Notes: generated by a model from the letters alone, not told the origin. A stretch of DNA of 64,000 nucleotides from an uncultured virus (IMG/VR IMGVR_UViG_3300032309_003726) (IMGVR_UViG_3300032309_003726), one strand, 5' to 3'; shown: positions 1-9,550, counted from the first letter of the stretch. Numbers and translations are program-made.

Positions 1-1014
1 AACCAATGGAGAAACAGCACCGAAAGTATAACCGCCCCATTCATTTTTATATCCATTAAAAGCACGAAGAAATCCTATCCAACTACCAAACACTTCATTT
101 TCAAGATGAAGCGAAGATAGAACGCCATAAAGATCAAAAGGACGATTCATCAAGGGGGTGCCAGTGAGTCCAACGGTCTTCTTTGCTATATTAGAGAAAA
201 TCTTGACGGCACGTGATCGCTTTGCTTTGTAGTTTTTGCAAAGATGAACCTCATCACAAACAAGAACAAAATCTTTCTTTTGAATATCATTCAAATCTTG
301 AGGAAGAATATCATAATTTACAATTACAACCTCACGGGCCTCGGGCAAACGAAAACTTTTACGACCATTTAAAACAATCGGAGTTAGATCCGGTCGCCAC
401 TTGTTGGTTTCATCACGCCAATTAAACTTTAAACTAGCGGGACAAACAACAAGAGTGCCAACGTCTTTAGGCAATGAAGCCAAAGTTTGCACAGTTTTAC
501 CTGTACCCATTTCATCGCCAAGCAGACAGCGATATTTGTTTGCCAAAAACGCTGCGCCGGTAACTTGATACGGGAACAAGCCAGCGGTATCAAAATTAAT
601 TTCTACTTTTTCTTCAGCTTCTTCTTGAACATCACTGGCAATTTCAAGAAGTTCATCAGCAATTTTAAGCCCTAACTGGCGACCAACTTGAATCACACGA
701 TTAATGTGTTCGGGTTCAATAGAGACTCGCCAAAACTTACCCTCTTTTTGCCATGAGGAATAATAAAGACTTTTAACAAGCGATACAGCGTCTGGGTGAT
801 AAGGAAAATAAATATGGCCTTCCTTGGTAATCTCAGCACGCTCTGTTTCGATCTTTACTGGAACGTGAGCCTCGCAATAAGTTGCCCAACCAGTCCTGTG
901 TTCACACGCATATCCTTGGTTGGCTTCTACCGCAACATCACAAACAGCACACTTTTTGGTAAAACGATTTCGAATTGTTCGAAAAACCGGGTTGTCGATT
1001 ATAGTGGTGGTCAT
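1..1014 (-). CDS. SNF2/SWI2-family helicase (HARP/SMARCAL1-like), 3' end runs off the window
   Basis: Not in ORF track; manual translation from ATG 1014 (SD AAGGA): MTTTIIDNPVF...CAVC...YCEAH...LFPYQ...LLGDEMGTGKT (Walker A)...VVCPASLKFNW...VCDEVH (Walker B)...LTGTP. Confidence 0.9.
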   Translation of the reverse strand, partial: MTTTIIDNPVFRTIRNRFTKKCAVCDVAVEANQGYACEHRTGWATYCEAHVPVKIETERAEITKEGHIYFPYHPDAVSLVKSLYYSSWQKEGKFWRVSIEPEHINRVIQVGRQLGLKIADELLEIASDVQEEAEEKVEINFDTAGLFPYQVTGAAFLANKYRCLLGDEMGTGKTVQTLASLPKDVGTLVVCPASLKFNWRDETNKWRPDLTPIVLNGRKSFRLPEAREVVIVNYDILPQDLNDIQKKDFVLVCDEVHLCKNYKAKRSRAVKIFSNIAKKTVGLTGTPLMNRPFDLYGVLSSLHLENEVFGSWIGFLRAFNGYKNEWGGYTFGAVSPLV

Positions 1015-1035
1015 TTTGGTTCCTTTCCACCATCC

Positions 1036-1047
1036 CTAGTTAGTATC
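1036..1047 (-). promoter_or_regulatory. Conserved intergenic box GATACTAACTAG (copy 1)
   Basis: Directly after the TAA of the upstream gene, 22 nt before helicase ATG; five related copies in 1-17.3 kb. Confidence 0.6.
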
Positions 1048-1482
1048 TTACGAGTAAACAACTTCCCCGTACACACAACATTGCCCAAAAACATCAGCGG
1101 TGGTTGCATCGTCATTTTTGTAAATAAAATTTTCCCAATGTTCTCGGTATTTCGTAGCCATAACTTGTAAGCCACGACGGATGGATTCACAATCTAAAAC
1201 AATGTCTTTTTCTTGCCCCTTGTCGCTATTTGGATCATCTACACAAAGAGTTAACGAACAACCTTCCGTCACAGGTATTAGTTGCGACCAATGGTAATAA
1301 TCTTTCATATCTTGCATTTTCCCACCTTGTCTAAAATCAGTGAGATTTAATTCATTAGCAAACTGTTTGGATTTGATTTCCCTTAACCAAGGCGAATAAT
1401 TGTTTTCAAACAAACCTGTGAGCAAATCTTGGATGTCTTTTTTAAGAACATCATGCTGCATTGTTATCGTAGCGAAAATCAT
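1048..1482 (-). CDS. Hypothetical phage-type protein
   Basis: ORF track 1048..1536; ATG 1482 preferred (SD GAAAGGA); ends DATTADVFGQCCVYGEVVYS. Confidence 0.7.
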   Translation of the reverse strand: MIFATITMQHDVLKKDIQDLLTGLFENNYSPWLREIKSKQFANELNLTDFRQGGKMQDMKDYYHWSQLIPVTEGCSLTLCVDDPNSDKGQEKDIVLDCESIRRGLQVMATKYREHWENFIYKNDDATTADVFGQCCVYGEVVYS

Positions 1483-1502
1483 ATGAAATCCTTTCAAGAA
1501 AA

Positions 1503-1534
1503 GCAAAAAGGCGAGGAAAACCACGCCTTTTTGC
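1503..1534 (-). terminator. Intrinsic-terminator-like hairpin
   Basis: GCAAAAAGGCG-N10-CGCCTTTTTGC followed by TTTTCTT on the minus strand. Confidence 0.55.
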
Positions 1535-1540
1535 AAAAAT

Positions 1541-1552
1541 CTAGTTAGTATT
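1541..1552 (-). promoter_or_regulatory. Conserved intergenic box AATACTAACTAG (copy 2)
   Basis: Intergenic, same strand and orientation as the other copies. Confidence 0.6.
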
Positions 1553-1557
1553 AAAAG

Positions 1558-1788
1558 TTATCGACTGCGGGTTTTCCTCAAAAGTTTCTTTTGCTTTCTG
1601 AGGTTGATGAGTGTGTGCCACAATTCTCGATGTCCGTTTTCAATTCCAAAAACTTGATGAAATTGAAAAACAATATTATCAAATTCTGGAGTGTAAGGAA
1701 GTTTGTCAATTCCTAGAGACTGTTCGTTATACAACCTCATTAGGAAGGAAATTTCCTTACTTGTTAATTTAGATACTGTTTTTCTCAT
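1558..1788 (-). CDS. Small basic hypothetical protein
   Basis: 76 aa; DKLPYTPEFD and LINLRK segments; basic C-terminus. Confidence 0.65.
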   Translation of the reverse strand: MRKTVSKLTSKEISFLMRLYNEQSLGIDKLPYTPEFDNIVFQFHQVFGIENGHRELWHTLINLRKQKKLLRKTRSR

Positions 1789-1792
1789 TTGA

Positions 1793-2779
1793 TCAATCCC
1801 TCATTAATTTTTTGATAAGTTTTTCTTTCAAATCAGATTTCATGCCAGTTGACATGATTTGAGCAATTTCATCTAGAACATTATTTGAATCAGTCGCTAC
1901 GGGATGTCTATTTGTTGCTCTCATTTCGTTGCTGATTTGTTCGGCAAGATTTTTTGTAAGTAAAATACCAGATAGTTGAGCAGCAGCATCAGCAACTGAT
2001 TCAGTAGATGGTTCTATTTTAGTTGAAGTTGATGTTTCTTTGGAATATTTGTTTATGAAACTTTCCTTCAACTCATAAAACCATTTAGATTTTTGCTTGG
2101 TTTCCACACCGTTTTTCATTCTGCGTCCCGATATTTGCTTCTGAACGCAATTGCTGTATTGCAAAGCGTGTAAAATACGGTGTCTCGCAGCCGTCAAGTC
2201 CAAGCCGTACAAAGTTCTCCAATTTTCAATAATGAATTCAACTCTAAAAACAGGGTTGCTAATGTACAACTCCGAATTATTTCTAAAGTGAAAATCTAAA
2301 GAACCTTTCATTCGAATATATTTCCCTTGCACATTTTGCTCAAGAGAAATCTTATCATTGAACATACGCTGTTTTTGTTCAGATGTTTGACTCAGATAAA
2401 CAATTTCTGTGTCTTTTCTACTATCCATAGTAACTTCCTTTATAAAATCACCCTTCTTTAAGTGATACCTAACAGATTGCTCGGCGCAGTTATATCTCTC
2501 AGCAATTTTCTTGATGCTCATTCCTTGAGTTCTTAATCTACACAACTCTGCTGTGGATAGATTTTTAACCGCTGTTTTGTTTCTTGCCAAGGATTCTTCC
2601 TTCATTGTTCCTTCCCTTGTTTCTTGATGAGACAGTTCTTGTTTAATAAAATCTGAAACAAATTTATCATCTTCGCAATTCAGAAGAAACGTTTTTGTTT
2701 CAATGTCTAAATTGCTGTCCTGAATAATTTGCTTATGCGAATCAATTAGATTTTCTTCCATGATAAAATTCTTCCTCAT
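1793..2779 (-). CDS. Hypothetical protein with HTH
   Basis: GMSIKKIAERYNCAEQSVRYHL resembles a helix-turn-helix. Confidence 0.6.
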   Translation of the reverse strand: MRKNFIMEENLIDSHKQIIQDSNLDIETKTFLLNCEDDKFVSDFIKQELSHQETREGTMKEESLARNKTAVKNLSTAELCRLRTQGMSIKKIAERYNCAEQSVRYHLKKGDFIKEVTMDSRKDTEIVYLSQTSEQKQRMFNDKISLEQNVQGKYIRMKGSLDFHFRNNSELYISNPVFRVEFIIENWRTLYGLDLTAARHRILHALQYSNCVQKQISGRRMKNGVETKQKSKWFYELKESFINKYSKETSTSTKIEPSTESVADAAAQLSGILLTKNLAEQISNEMRATNRHPVATDSNNVLDEIAQIMSTGMKSDLKEKLIKKLMRD

Positions 2780-3051
2780 GCGGAAGGGTGATGGTCAAAA
2801 AATATTCTTTCAAAAGACCTATAATAACTCTTTGATTTAGCCAAAATTTTCTGGAACAACGGGCTTTTGTTTGACAAATCATTAATATCGTTTTTCAAAC
2901 GCACCGCTTGTTTAGATTTTAGACTTATAGTATGAGCTGTGAAATCACCCTCAATTCTGTAAGTTAAAAACAAACGAGGCTTACCGTTTAGTCTCCCCAT
3001 GCTGATAGAGACAATTTCAGCGTCACAAGACACAATTTTGTGTTTATTCAC
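2776..3051 (-). CDS. Hypothetical protein
   Basis: ORF track 2776..3123; GTG 3051 after GAGG avoids overlap with the NYN gene; ATGA-coupled to the next gene. Confidence 0.55.
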   Translation of the reverse strand: MNKHKIVSCDAEIVSISMGRLNGKPRLFLTYRIEGDFTAHTISLKSKQAVRLKNDINDLSNKSPLFQKILAKSKSYYRSFERIFFDHHPSA

Positions 3052-3061
3052 TTGTGTGTCC

Positions 3062-3721
3062 TCAATTCTTTTCAATCTTGCTTCGAAGTTCAGCGATATC
3101 CTTATAGTGCAAACCAGCAGCACTTTTCACAGATCCTGCCACCATGCCTTTAGTGCTAAGAACAAGATACTTTTTTCCACGTTGACGCAGAACCTCAACG
3201 ATTCTGGCGAAATCAGCATCGCCGCTAATTATAACGGCCATGTCATAATTTTCCATTTGAACCAAAATGTCAATCAACATATCCAGATCAACGCTACCAT
3301 CAAATCCATCTTCTTCATCATAAGAATCAATGGGTTTGGCATCAACTCTAAAACCCATGTGATTAAGGGCTCTGATATAATTCAATTGACCATCGTTCTG
3401 GTTGTCTACCGTTGTATAGTAATTGGCATCGGTGACTTCACCATATTGACCTATCCAATTAAGTAACTTTTTGGGATCAATAAACCAACGCAGGGTATCT
3501 TTTTGCATGTAAAAAAAGTTTGATCCATCAAGAAAAACCGCAACTCTATTTCTTTTTGGATCAGTTTCTTGATCACTAACATTGTTTGGATCGGAATAAA
3601 ACTCTTTATTATTCAATTCTTTCACCTTTGAATACAACCCATTCTTTGAAGTTGTTGAAAAACTATTCGTCTTTACAGATCTACCAGAAAAGCTCATTTT
3701 TTGTGAAGAACCAGAAATCAC
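3062..3721 (-). CDS. NYN/LabA (DUF88) PIN-like nuclease
   Basis: VAVFLDGSN, VDLDMLID, IISGDADF acidic catalytic motifs. Confidence 0.85.
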   Translation of the reverse strand: MISGSSQKMSFSGRSVKTNSFSTTSKNGLYSKVKELNNKEFYSDPNNVSDQETDPKRNRVAVFLDGSNFFYMQKDTLRWFIDPKKLLNWIGQYGEVTDANYYTTVDNQNDGQLNYIRALNHMGFRVDAKPIDSYDEEDGFDGSVDLDMLIDILVQMENYDMAVIISGDADFARIVEVLRQRGKKYLVLSTKGMVAGSVKSAAGLHYKDIAELRSKIEKN

Positions 3722-3805
3722 GATTGAAAACCTTTTTTAAAATTTGATATATTCGAATCCGTTTGAACAATCAAAATGAAATAAAAACTAAATCATCCTA
3801 ATCTT

Positions 3806-3833
3806 AGTATACGCTAAAAATCAAGAAAGTCTA
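3806..3833 (-). promoter_or_regulatory. Sigma70-like promoter
   Basis: TAGACT-N16-TATACT upstream of the NYN gene. Confidence 0.45.
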
Positions 3834-3859
3834 TGTAAAAATTTGCAAAATTTGAAGTT

Positions 3860-4039
3860 TTAGTTTATGCGAATCATGGTCTTGCCATCATTCGGACATT
3901 TTTTTGTGCCAATAGAACCGTATTCCTGAATTAACTTGCACTTAGGACAGCGATAGCGATAAGTCTTATTGGCGGCAACAGCAAGAGATCCACACAGGGA
4001 GGCGAAGACTATCGAAGTTAAAAAAATTCTACGTTTCAT
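3860..4039 (-). CDS. Small Cys-containing protein with Tat-like signal peptide
   Basis: MKRRIFL + hydrophobic stretch + AVAA, then CPKC...CPNDG; ATG 4039 after AGGA. Confidence 0.6.
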   Translation of the reverse strand: MKRRIFLTSIVFASLCGSLAVAANKTYRYRCPKCKLIQEYGSIGTKKCPNDGKTMIRIN

Positions 4040-4050
4040 GGTTTTCCTAG

Positions 4051-4560
4051 TCAAATTTTTAGACCCATTTTCTTCATTTCAAGCAATGCTTCGGCATTGC
4101 CTATCGCATCATTCACAGGATTGTGATCGTGAACAGTTTTTCGCAAATGTTTCCAAGATGCTCTTGCATCACCCTTCATCCCGCAAAACAAATCGCCAAT
4201 CCTTCTACCAGAGTAGCCGAAAGGATTTTCTCCAACAAAGTGGTGAAAGTAATAGTTTATCCATTGCCAATCATAACAAGGATTGTCACTAATAAAAACA
4301 GGTTTACCGTCACTATTTTCTTTTATCCAATAACTAAAATTAACCATAACATTGTATGGATCGTCAAACAAAAGATGTTGTTGTCTTGAAAAACCTGATA
4401 TCGTTAAAGTCTCTGGTTGGTACTCGTCTGATATGGGTCTGGTTTTTCCGTAAAAAGTTTTATTTAAACTTTCATCAAAAACTACTGCACCAAAACAAAC
4501 CATGCTATAGTCACAAGGAACAGGTCCATCACTTTCAACATCAACAATTATAAGAGACAT
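4051..4560 (-). CDS. DEDDh 3'-5' exo(ribo)nuclease
   Basis: VDVESDG (ExoI), NPCYDW (ExoII), HNPVNDA (ExoIII). Confidence 0.85.
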   Translation of the reverse strand: MSLIIVDVESDGPVPCDYSMVCFGAVVFDESLNKTFYGKTRPISDEYQPETLTISGFSRQQHLLFDDPYNVMVNFSYWIKENSDGKPVFISDNPCYDWQWINYYFHHFVGENPFGYSGRRIGDLFCGMKGDARASWKHLRKTVHDHNPVNDAIGNAEALLEMKKMGLKI

Positions 4561-4562
4561 TT

Positions 4563-5171
4563 TTAACCTAACTTGTAAATTTCTAATTCATCCAAACAAA
4601 CAAACTGTGTTCCATTTAAAGTTTGATTGATTGTCCTAGAAACATGAAAATGACCAAAGATCCATAACTCGGGTTGATGTGCATTAAGCATTGACTCCAG
4701 GAACATTTCTGTTTTGCTGTGGAATAAATGACTGCCGGGGGGCAACAACTGTGGTACAATTGAAATTGGACACGTGTGTGTTAAAACAATTTTTGGTTTT
4801 GTTTCAACATACAATTTGATTGCCTCATTGAAACTATCGTTACTTAATTCTTCTTCGGGCCACCAACTTCTACCGACTACTCGATATTCTTGATCAATAG
4901 AAAAAGCGCCACGTAAAAAGAAAAAATCCACATTGTTTAAAGAAACATTTCCAAAATCGCCTAAATAATGAGGAGTATCAATGATTTTATTATAATTGTC
5001 ATGATTTCCACCAATAACCTTATGATTATTGGCATCAACATTTTTTAATGTTTCATACTCAAAACCAAAATCACCAATTTGAACGGTGTATGGGTGACGA
5101 TTTTTTTCACGCACGATTTTGTGATATCGTGCGTAATGACCGTGAACGTCACCGATAACTGTAATCGACAT
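4563..5171 (-). CDS. Calcineurin-like metallophosphoesterase
   Basis: GDVHG, GDFG, GGNHD, THT, FGHFH. Confidence 0.9.
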   Translation of the reverse strand: MSITVIGDVHGHYARYHKIVREKNRHPYTVQIGDFGFEYETLKNVDANNHKVIGGNHDNYNKIIDTPHYLGDFGNVSLNNVDFFFLRGAFSIDQEYRVVGRSWWPEEELSNDSFNEAIKLYVETKPKIVLTHTCPISIVPQLLPPGSHLFHSKTEMFLESMLNAHQPELWIFGHFHVSRTINQTLNGTQFVCLDELEIYKLG

Positions 5172-5172
5172 A

Positions 5173-6186
5173 TTATTCTTGTAGGAGGAATTCGTTATTT
5201 ATGGCTTTGAAACTAACTGATCCGCACAAACTTCGAATCACTATTCCTTCACGCTCTTGATACTGTTTTGCATTTTCAAAATGTTCACGGTACTTTCCTT
5301 TTGCTTTTTCAAGCAACTGTTCCATATTATAATTAAATGAATCGCCTTTTTCCAATATTGGAACAAAATTCATTTTGAGTTCTTTTGCAACGCTCAAAGA
5401 ATCTTCAAGTGATAATCTTTTTCGGTTTGATGTGTCAACGATATTGAAAATATAATAATCAATGCTAGACAACCCAAGTTTATTTTGTTGAATCCCTGGG
5501 CCGACGCATTCTCCCTGCAACGCTAAATTGCCACCAATTGATCGCAAGCGTTCTTCTAGTTGATATCGTTCGTTTATAATCCAAAAACTATGAGTCGGCT
5601 TGTGTTTGTAACTATAGTTCCTTCCACAAACATGAAATTCATTGTCGGATGGATCAATAATAAAAGAACAACTTGTTCCATCTAATTTAAGGCTCACATA
5701 ATAAGGATTGCCAACAAGGTTGGAAACCAAAGCAAGGCCCTCATCGGTTTGAACTCTAACCTCATCTGTTTTTGCAATAGGCCAAACAAACTTTTTGGCA
5801 TCACCTTGAATTTGAGCAGGAATTGGCGGCTCATACTTTTCAACATTTAGCAAATCTGTTACGTCTGTGCCGACTTCTAGGTGGTATAGGTCGGGGAATA
5901 AATTCAAGGGCAGCGCAAGACCTTGACTTAACTGCTGACGGAGTTTAACGCTTTTTAATCTAAATTTATTCAAGTCTTTCCGATAACAACTTTTTCTTAA
6001 AAACTCAAACACTTCCAACTCTGGTAGCAAGCTATCAATTTCAAAATAAACACACTTGTCATCATTTTGAAATTCGCCTTTTTTACAAACGCACTCCCAA
6101 CCAAGAACACCAACACAATCAATTGCATCGGCGTTTGGTATGGGTCTAACAAATTTGATAGTTTGTATAGATGCTAACTTTCTCAT
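5173..6186 (-). CDS. ATP-dependent RNA ligase, DRB0094 (Rnl5/Rnl2-like) family with N-terminal OB domain
   Basis: MRKLASIQ start, VYFEIDS, motif I KLDGTS, LQGE, EGIV, FKAINNEFL. Confidence 0.9.
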   Translation of the reverse strand: MRKLASIQTIKFVRPIPNADAIDCVGVLGWECVCKKGEFQNDDKCVYFEIDSLLPELEVFEFLRKSCYRKDLNKFRLKSVKLRQQLSQGLALPLNLFPDLYHLEVGTDVTDLLNVEKYEPPIPAQIQGDAKKFVWPIAKTDEVRVQTDEGLALVSNLVGNPYYVSLKLDGTSCSFIIDPSDNEFHVCGRNYSYKHKPTHSFWIINERYQLEERLRSIGGNLALQGECVGPGIQQNKLGLSSIDYYIFNIVDTSNRKRLSLEDSLSVAKELKMNFVPILEKGDSFNYNMEQLLEKAKGKYREHFENAKQYQEREGIVIRSLCGSVSFKAINNEFLLQE

Positions 6187-6187
6187 A

Positions 6188-6613
6188 TTATTTTTTAATT
6201 GGGCTAGTGCAAAATTTGCACCTTGTGGCATTTATGTGTATCGGACTTAAACAACGATTACATTGTTTCGAATTACAATTTTCATCTTGTTTTTTTATAG
6301 ATCCCAAAATTTTGACATAAATTACATAAAGAACAATAGATGTTAATAAAAAATCTACAAAAGTTCCTAAAAGTTTTCCTAATTCAAAATTTAAACCATT
6401 AACCGGAGAAACAACAATTGTTCTCCAATTTTCTCCGGTTTGAATAGTTAAAAAATTAACCACCGGCATAATTAGAAAACTGCTAATTCCACCAACCACA
6501 TTATTGAAAGAATTGCCTAGAATAAAACCTATAGCCAATTTGAACATATCGTCTTTAAAAGCAAATTGCTTATAACGATTTAGTTCTTCTTTTGGTAAAA
6601 GATTTTTTTCCAT
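6188..6613 (-). CDS. mscL: Large-conductance mechanosensitive channel with C-terminal Zn ribbon
   Basis: FAF...LAIGFILGNSF...LIMP TM1, GKLLGTFVDFLL TM2, CNRC...RCKFCTS tail. Confidence 0.8.
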   Translation of the reverse strand: MEKNLLPKEELNRYKQFAFKDDMFKLAIGFILGNSFNNVVGGISSFLIMPVVNFLTIQTGENWRTIVVSPVNGLNFELGKLLGTFVDFLLTSIVLYVIYVKILGSIKKQDENCNSKQCNRCLSPIHINATRCKFCTSPIKK

Positions 6614-6645
6614 CTTTTTTACTTAATAGACTCATCTTAAATGTC

Positions 6646-6975
6646 TTACTTTATTTCCGCTGAGGATTGTTTCGTCTTCTTCCTGCGGCGGGGCCGTTCC
6701 TCTGAAAATAGAATCTTACATTGAAGATCGTATGCGTAATCGGCGTAATATTGAATTTGGTGATTGGCTATTTCTAGTTCATGGCGGAGCATAAATTCTT
6801 TGAGTGGCATTCCGTTGATGATCTGCCATTCTTCTGGAAGGTTCCACATTAGGCGGTCATACACCCAGACGCTCAATTTAACAAGCCATCGTATGTTGGT
6901 TCGGACGCTTGCGTCGTGGAACCAAGAAATCAAATGATTCCAATTTCTGTTCAAAAAATTTACAAGCCTTATCAT
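6646..6975 (-). CDS. Hypothetical protein
   Basis: 109 aa, SD GGAG, own promoter. Confidence 0.6.
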   Translation of the reverse strand: MIRLVNFLNRNWNHLISWFHDASVRTNIRWLVKLSVWVYDRLMWNLPEEWQIINGMPLKEFMLRHELEIANHQIQYYADYAYDLQCKILFSEERPRRRKKTKQSSAEIK

Positions 6976-6998
6976 TTTTTGGCTCCGGGAGATATTAA

Positions 6999-7027
6999 AT
7001 TCTACTTGTGTTCTTTTGCCTTGTCAA
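6999..7027 (-). promoter_or_regulatory. Sigma70-like promoter
   Basis: TTGACA-N17-TAGAAT. Confidence 0.65.
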
Positions 7028-7148
7028 ACCTTGACTCTGCTAAACAAGAATTGTAAAAAACTCTAAAAGAATCGAATCTATATTTAATTTGCTTTTTATT
7101 GCAACATTAATGACAACACAACAATCTTTTGCTTCTTCTTTTTTTAAG

Positions 7149-8306
7149 TTACTCAGATGTTTTAAACGGCAAATCTGGTCTGACTCTAGTTGGTCTAAAC
7201 CATTTAATTTTTACCTTGTTTTTTCCTTCGCCATAACGAACAGCATGAGGATGCCCACCACGCAAGTGACTAAAACTTAATTGTTTTCCACTACTGTCGT
7301 ATTGTTTGTGCTGTTCAGATTCATTCTCTAATACAAACATCTCTGATGTTCCAATATTATAACCGTTTTTGCCACGCCTTTTTGCACGTTCAACGATAGA
7401 TTGAATCGCTACTGCGTCTCCACGTTGCGAGGCATCTTTGAAACTTTGTTTATCAGCATTTAAAATATCGGGAACCACCAAATCGTCTTCAGGACAATTT
7501 GCTAAAAAACCAGCAGACACAATCACACGAATCAAGTTTGATAAACGATCACCCATAGTGACCATAACAGCCTGTTCACCAGCAGAGGCTTGCTCCACAG
7601 TGGTTTGTATTGCTTCTGAGACACTTTGACCATTTTTGCAATTAATGGTGATCAAGTTGCACAAACTTCTATCAACATCACGATCTTTAACTCTAAAGCC
7701 TTCATCAACGCACATTATCATAAAATCATCAACGTCTTTATAATATCCATCAGATGCCAAGTCTATAACAGCTTGAACATTATCATTTAAGGATGGCATA
7801 TTGATTGATCGAAAAAACTCTGTGGTGGTTTTCTTTATGTTTTCGGCAACATGCTTTGAACGATCATTTTTTATTTTTCCAAACAAAACTGATCTACAAT
7901 AAACAGGAGAATGATGAACCTCATCTGCTGCCACTACATGGTATCCGTCATTGGAGATATAACGGGTAGGAACATCTTCTGCAAATCTAAAAACCACTGC
8001 TTCCAAGCCCGCCGGAACTTCGATTAAATTTGCTGGTATCTTGTCTAAGTTTGTATTACAAAGAGATCTAACCATTTGGGGATGAATATTGTAATACGGC
8101 TTACCAGCATTGATCCAAACATTTTCTCCCATCAAGCGAATCATTCTGCGCCAACGATTTGATTCTTTGTTGAATGGAGTAGAAAGAATATTATCCATCT
8201 CAATATTCTTGATCTGGGCATCAGTTAAATTGCGAATTCTCTTTTTGTCTTGCCGATGAACCCGGCGGAACTCATCTGTCATGGTTTGCCAATGATAATA
8301 TTCCAT
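7149..8306 (-). CDS. Hypothetical phage protein with C-terminal HxRxGH motif
   Basis: 385 aa; SHLRGGHPHAVRYGEG...KWFRPTRV. Confidence 0.7.
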   Translation of the reverse strand: MEYYHWQTMTDEFRRVHRQDKKRIRNLTDAQIKNIEMDNILSTPFNKESNRWRRMIRLMGENVWINAGKPYYNIHPQMVRSLCNTNLDKIPANLIEVPAGLEAVVFRFAEDVPTRYISNDGYHVVAADEVHHSPVYCRSVLFGKIKNDRSKHVAENIKKTTTEFFRSINMPSLNDNVQAVIDLASDGYYKDVDDFMIMCVDEGFRVKDRDVDRSLCNLITINCKNGQSVSEAIQTTVEQASAGEQAVMVTMGDRLSNLIRVIVSAGFLANCPEDDLVVPDILNADKQSFKDASQRGDAVAIQSIVERAKRRGKNGYNIGTSEMFVLENESEQHKQYDSSGKQLSFSHLRGGHPHAVRYGEGKNKVKIKWFRPTRVRPDLPFKTSE

Positions 8307-8365
8307 CTTGTCCTCAAAGATAAACTTTTATTTGTAAACTTTTAAATTATTTTTAACATCAAATA

Positions 8366-9550
8366 TTAAACTTTGCGAATCAACCTTTGATCTTCTTGGA
8401 AAGATCCATCTAAAAGTCTATCGCCACCAGTAAGGAAGGCTTTAACTTTTCTTGGATCCGCAACTTTCAATTCACGAGCAATATCCAAGCACGGAGTTAC
8501 CCACTTTTTATTTCCGCCTTTAAGATCAATTTCTTTTTCTAAAATCTTTCGAAGTGTGCTTTCAGCAGGTCGAGGAAACTGAATTTCATTTACACAGCGA
8601 CTAGACAATGCGCCAGGTTCACCACTACCTGTTCCCATCATGTTGTCAAAAGCACGCTTGTTATTGGCGGTGCAGAAAAACAATATTTGTATTTCACGCA
8701 CTTGTGTTTGACGAAAGTTCACCTTGCGAAGTTCTCCACGATCATCTAAAGCACCCAACCAAATCTTTAGACCATCTTCGGGTGCCTTCTCTGCTTCTTC
8801 AAGAAAAACAAGTCTTGGGTATTGCTTTAACTCATTGAAAAACAACTTCTCGATACCAGCCTTGGTTGTGGTTGTGGCATCCAAGTGCAACACCGAGCCG
8901 GGGCCGAAAAGTTTTTCTACAGCACGAAGGGTGCTAGTCTTTCCACACCCAGGCTCACCATACAAAACAGAGTGATACCTGCTGGCACCGTTTGTATCAA
9001 CCGCACGCTTGATAGCAGAAAGCACAGTTCTGATTTGCGGACCAAGATCATACAAATCACAAAAAGCCGGATGACCAGCCAGTGCTTCGTCTCCCTCCAA
9101 TAATTCATCGGGAAATTTCAGATCCTGCCAATCCAAAACCTTATCCGACACACAAGCGGCGACAGTACTCACACCATCAACCGAACCATTATTTTCTTCA
9201 ACATTTGGTTCAACGTCTGTTTCGTTGTTGTCCGTGATCATCCAAGGGCTATCTTGGAATTTTGAATTTTTACCCGTTTGGGCTAACATGGCTTTAATAT
9301 CCTGCCACTGTTTGAATTCAATTTCTCCACCAATTCCTTTACCGCTAGTTTTTTCAAAAATCACATCACAAGAATATCTCCACCCAGCGGGTGTAGACTC
9401 TGGGCCGTTGACGCTTTCGCACTCGAAAGTCCAACACCTGCCACGGTTGCCATTCATGGCTCTTTGAATTAAAAAATCTACTTGGGCTTGAATCTTTTCT
9501 GGCCGGATACGCTTAGAAATTGTGCGTGACAAATTAACTGGATATTTCAT
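8366..9550 (-). CDS. AAA+ ATPase with uncharacterised N-terminal domain
   Basis: GEPGCGKTS Walker A, VFLEEAEK variant Walker B, CTAN sensor 1, ALSSR Arg finger. Confidence 0.8.
   Translation of the reverse strand: MKYPVNLSRTISKRIRPEKIQAQVDFLIQRAMNGNRGRCWTFECESVNGPESTPAGWRYSCDVIFEKTSGKGIGGEIEFKQWQDIKAMLAQTGKNSKFQDSPWMITDNNETDVEPNVEENNGSVDGVSTVAACVSDKVLDWQDLKFPDELLEGDEALAGHPAFCDLYDLGPQIRTVLSAIKRAVDTNGASRYHSVLYGEPGCGKTSTLRAVEKLFGPGSVLHLDATTTTKAGIEKLFFNELKQYPRLVFLEEAEKAPEDGLKIWLGALDDRGELRKVNFRQTQVREIQILFFCTANNKRAFDNMMGTGSGEPGALSSRCVNEIQFPRPAESTLRKILEKEIDLKGGNKKWVTPCLDIARELKVADPRKVKAFLTGGDRLLDGSFQEDQRLIRKV

Noticed and set aside
213..1170. Plus-strand ORFs 213, 487, 796 and the many other short antisense ORFs in the track
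   Set aside because: They lie opposite well-supported genes and have no motifs or SD; treated as shadow ORFs
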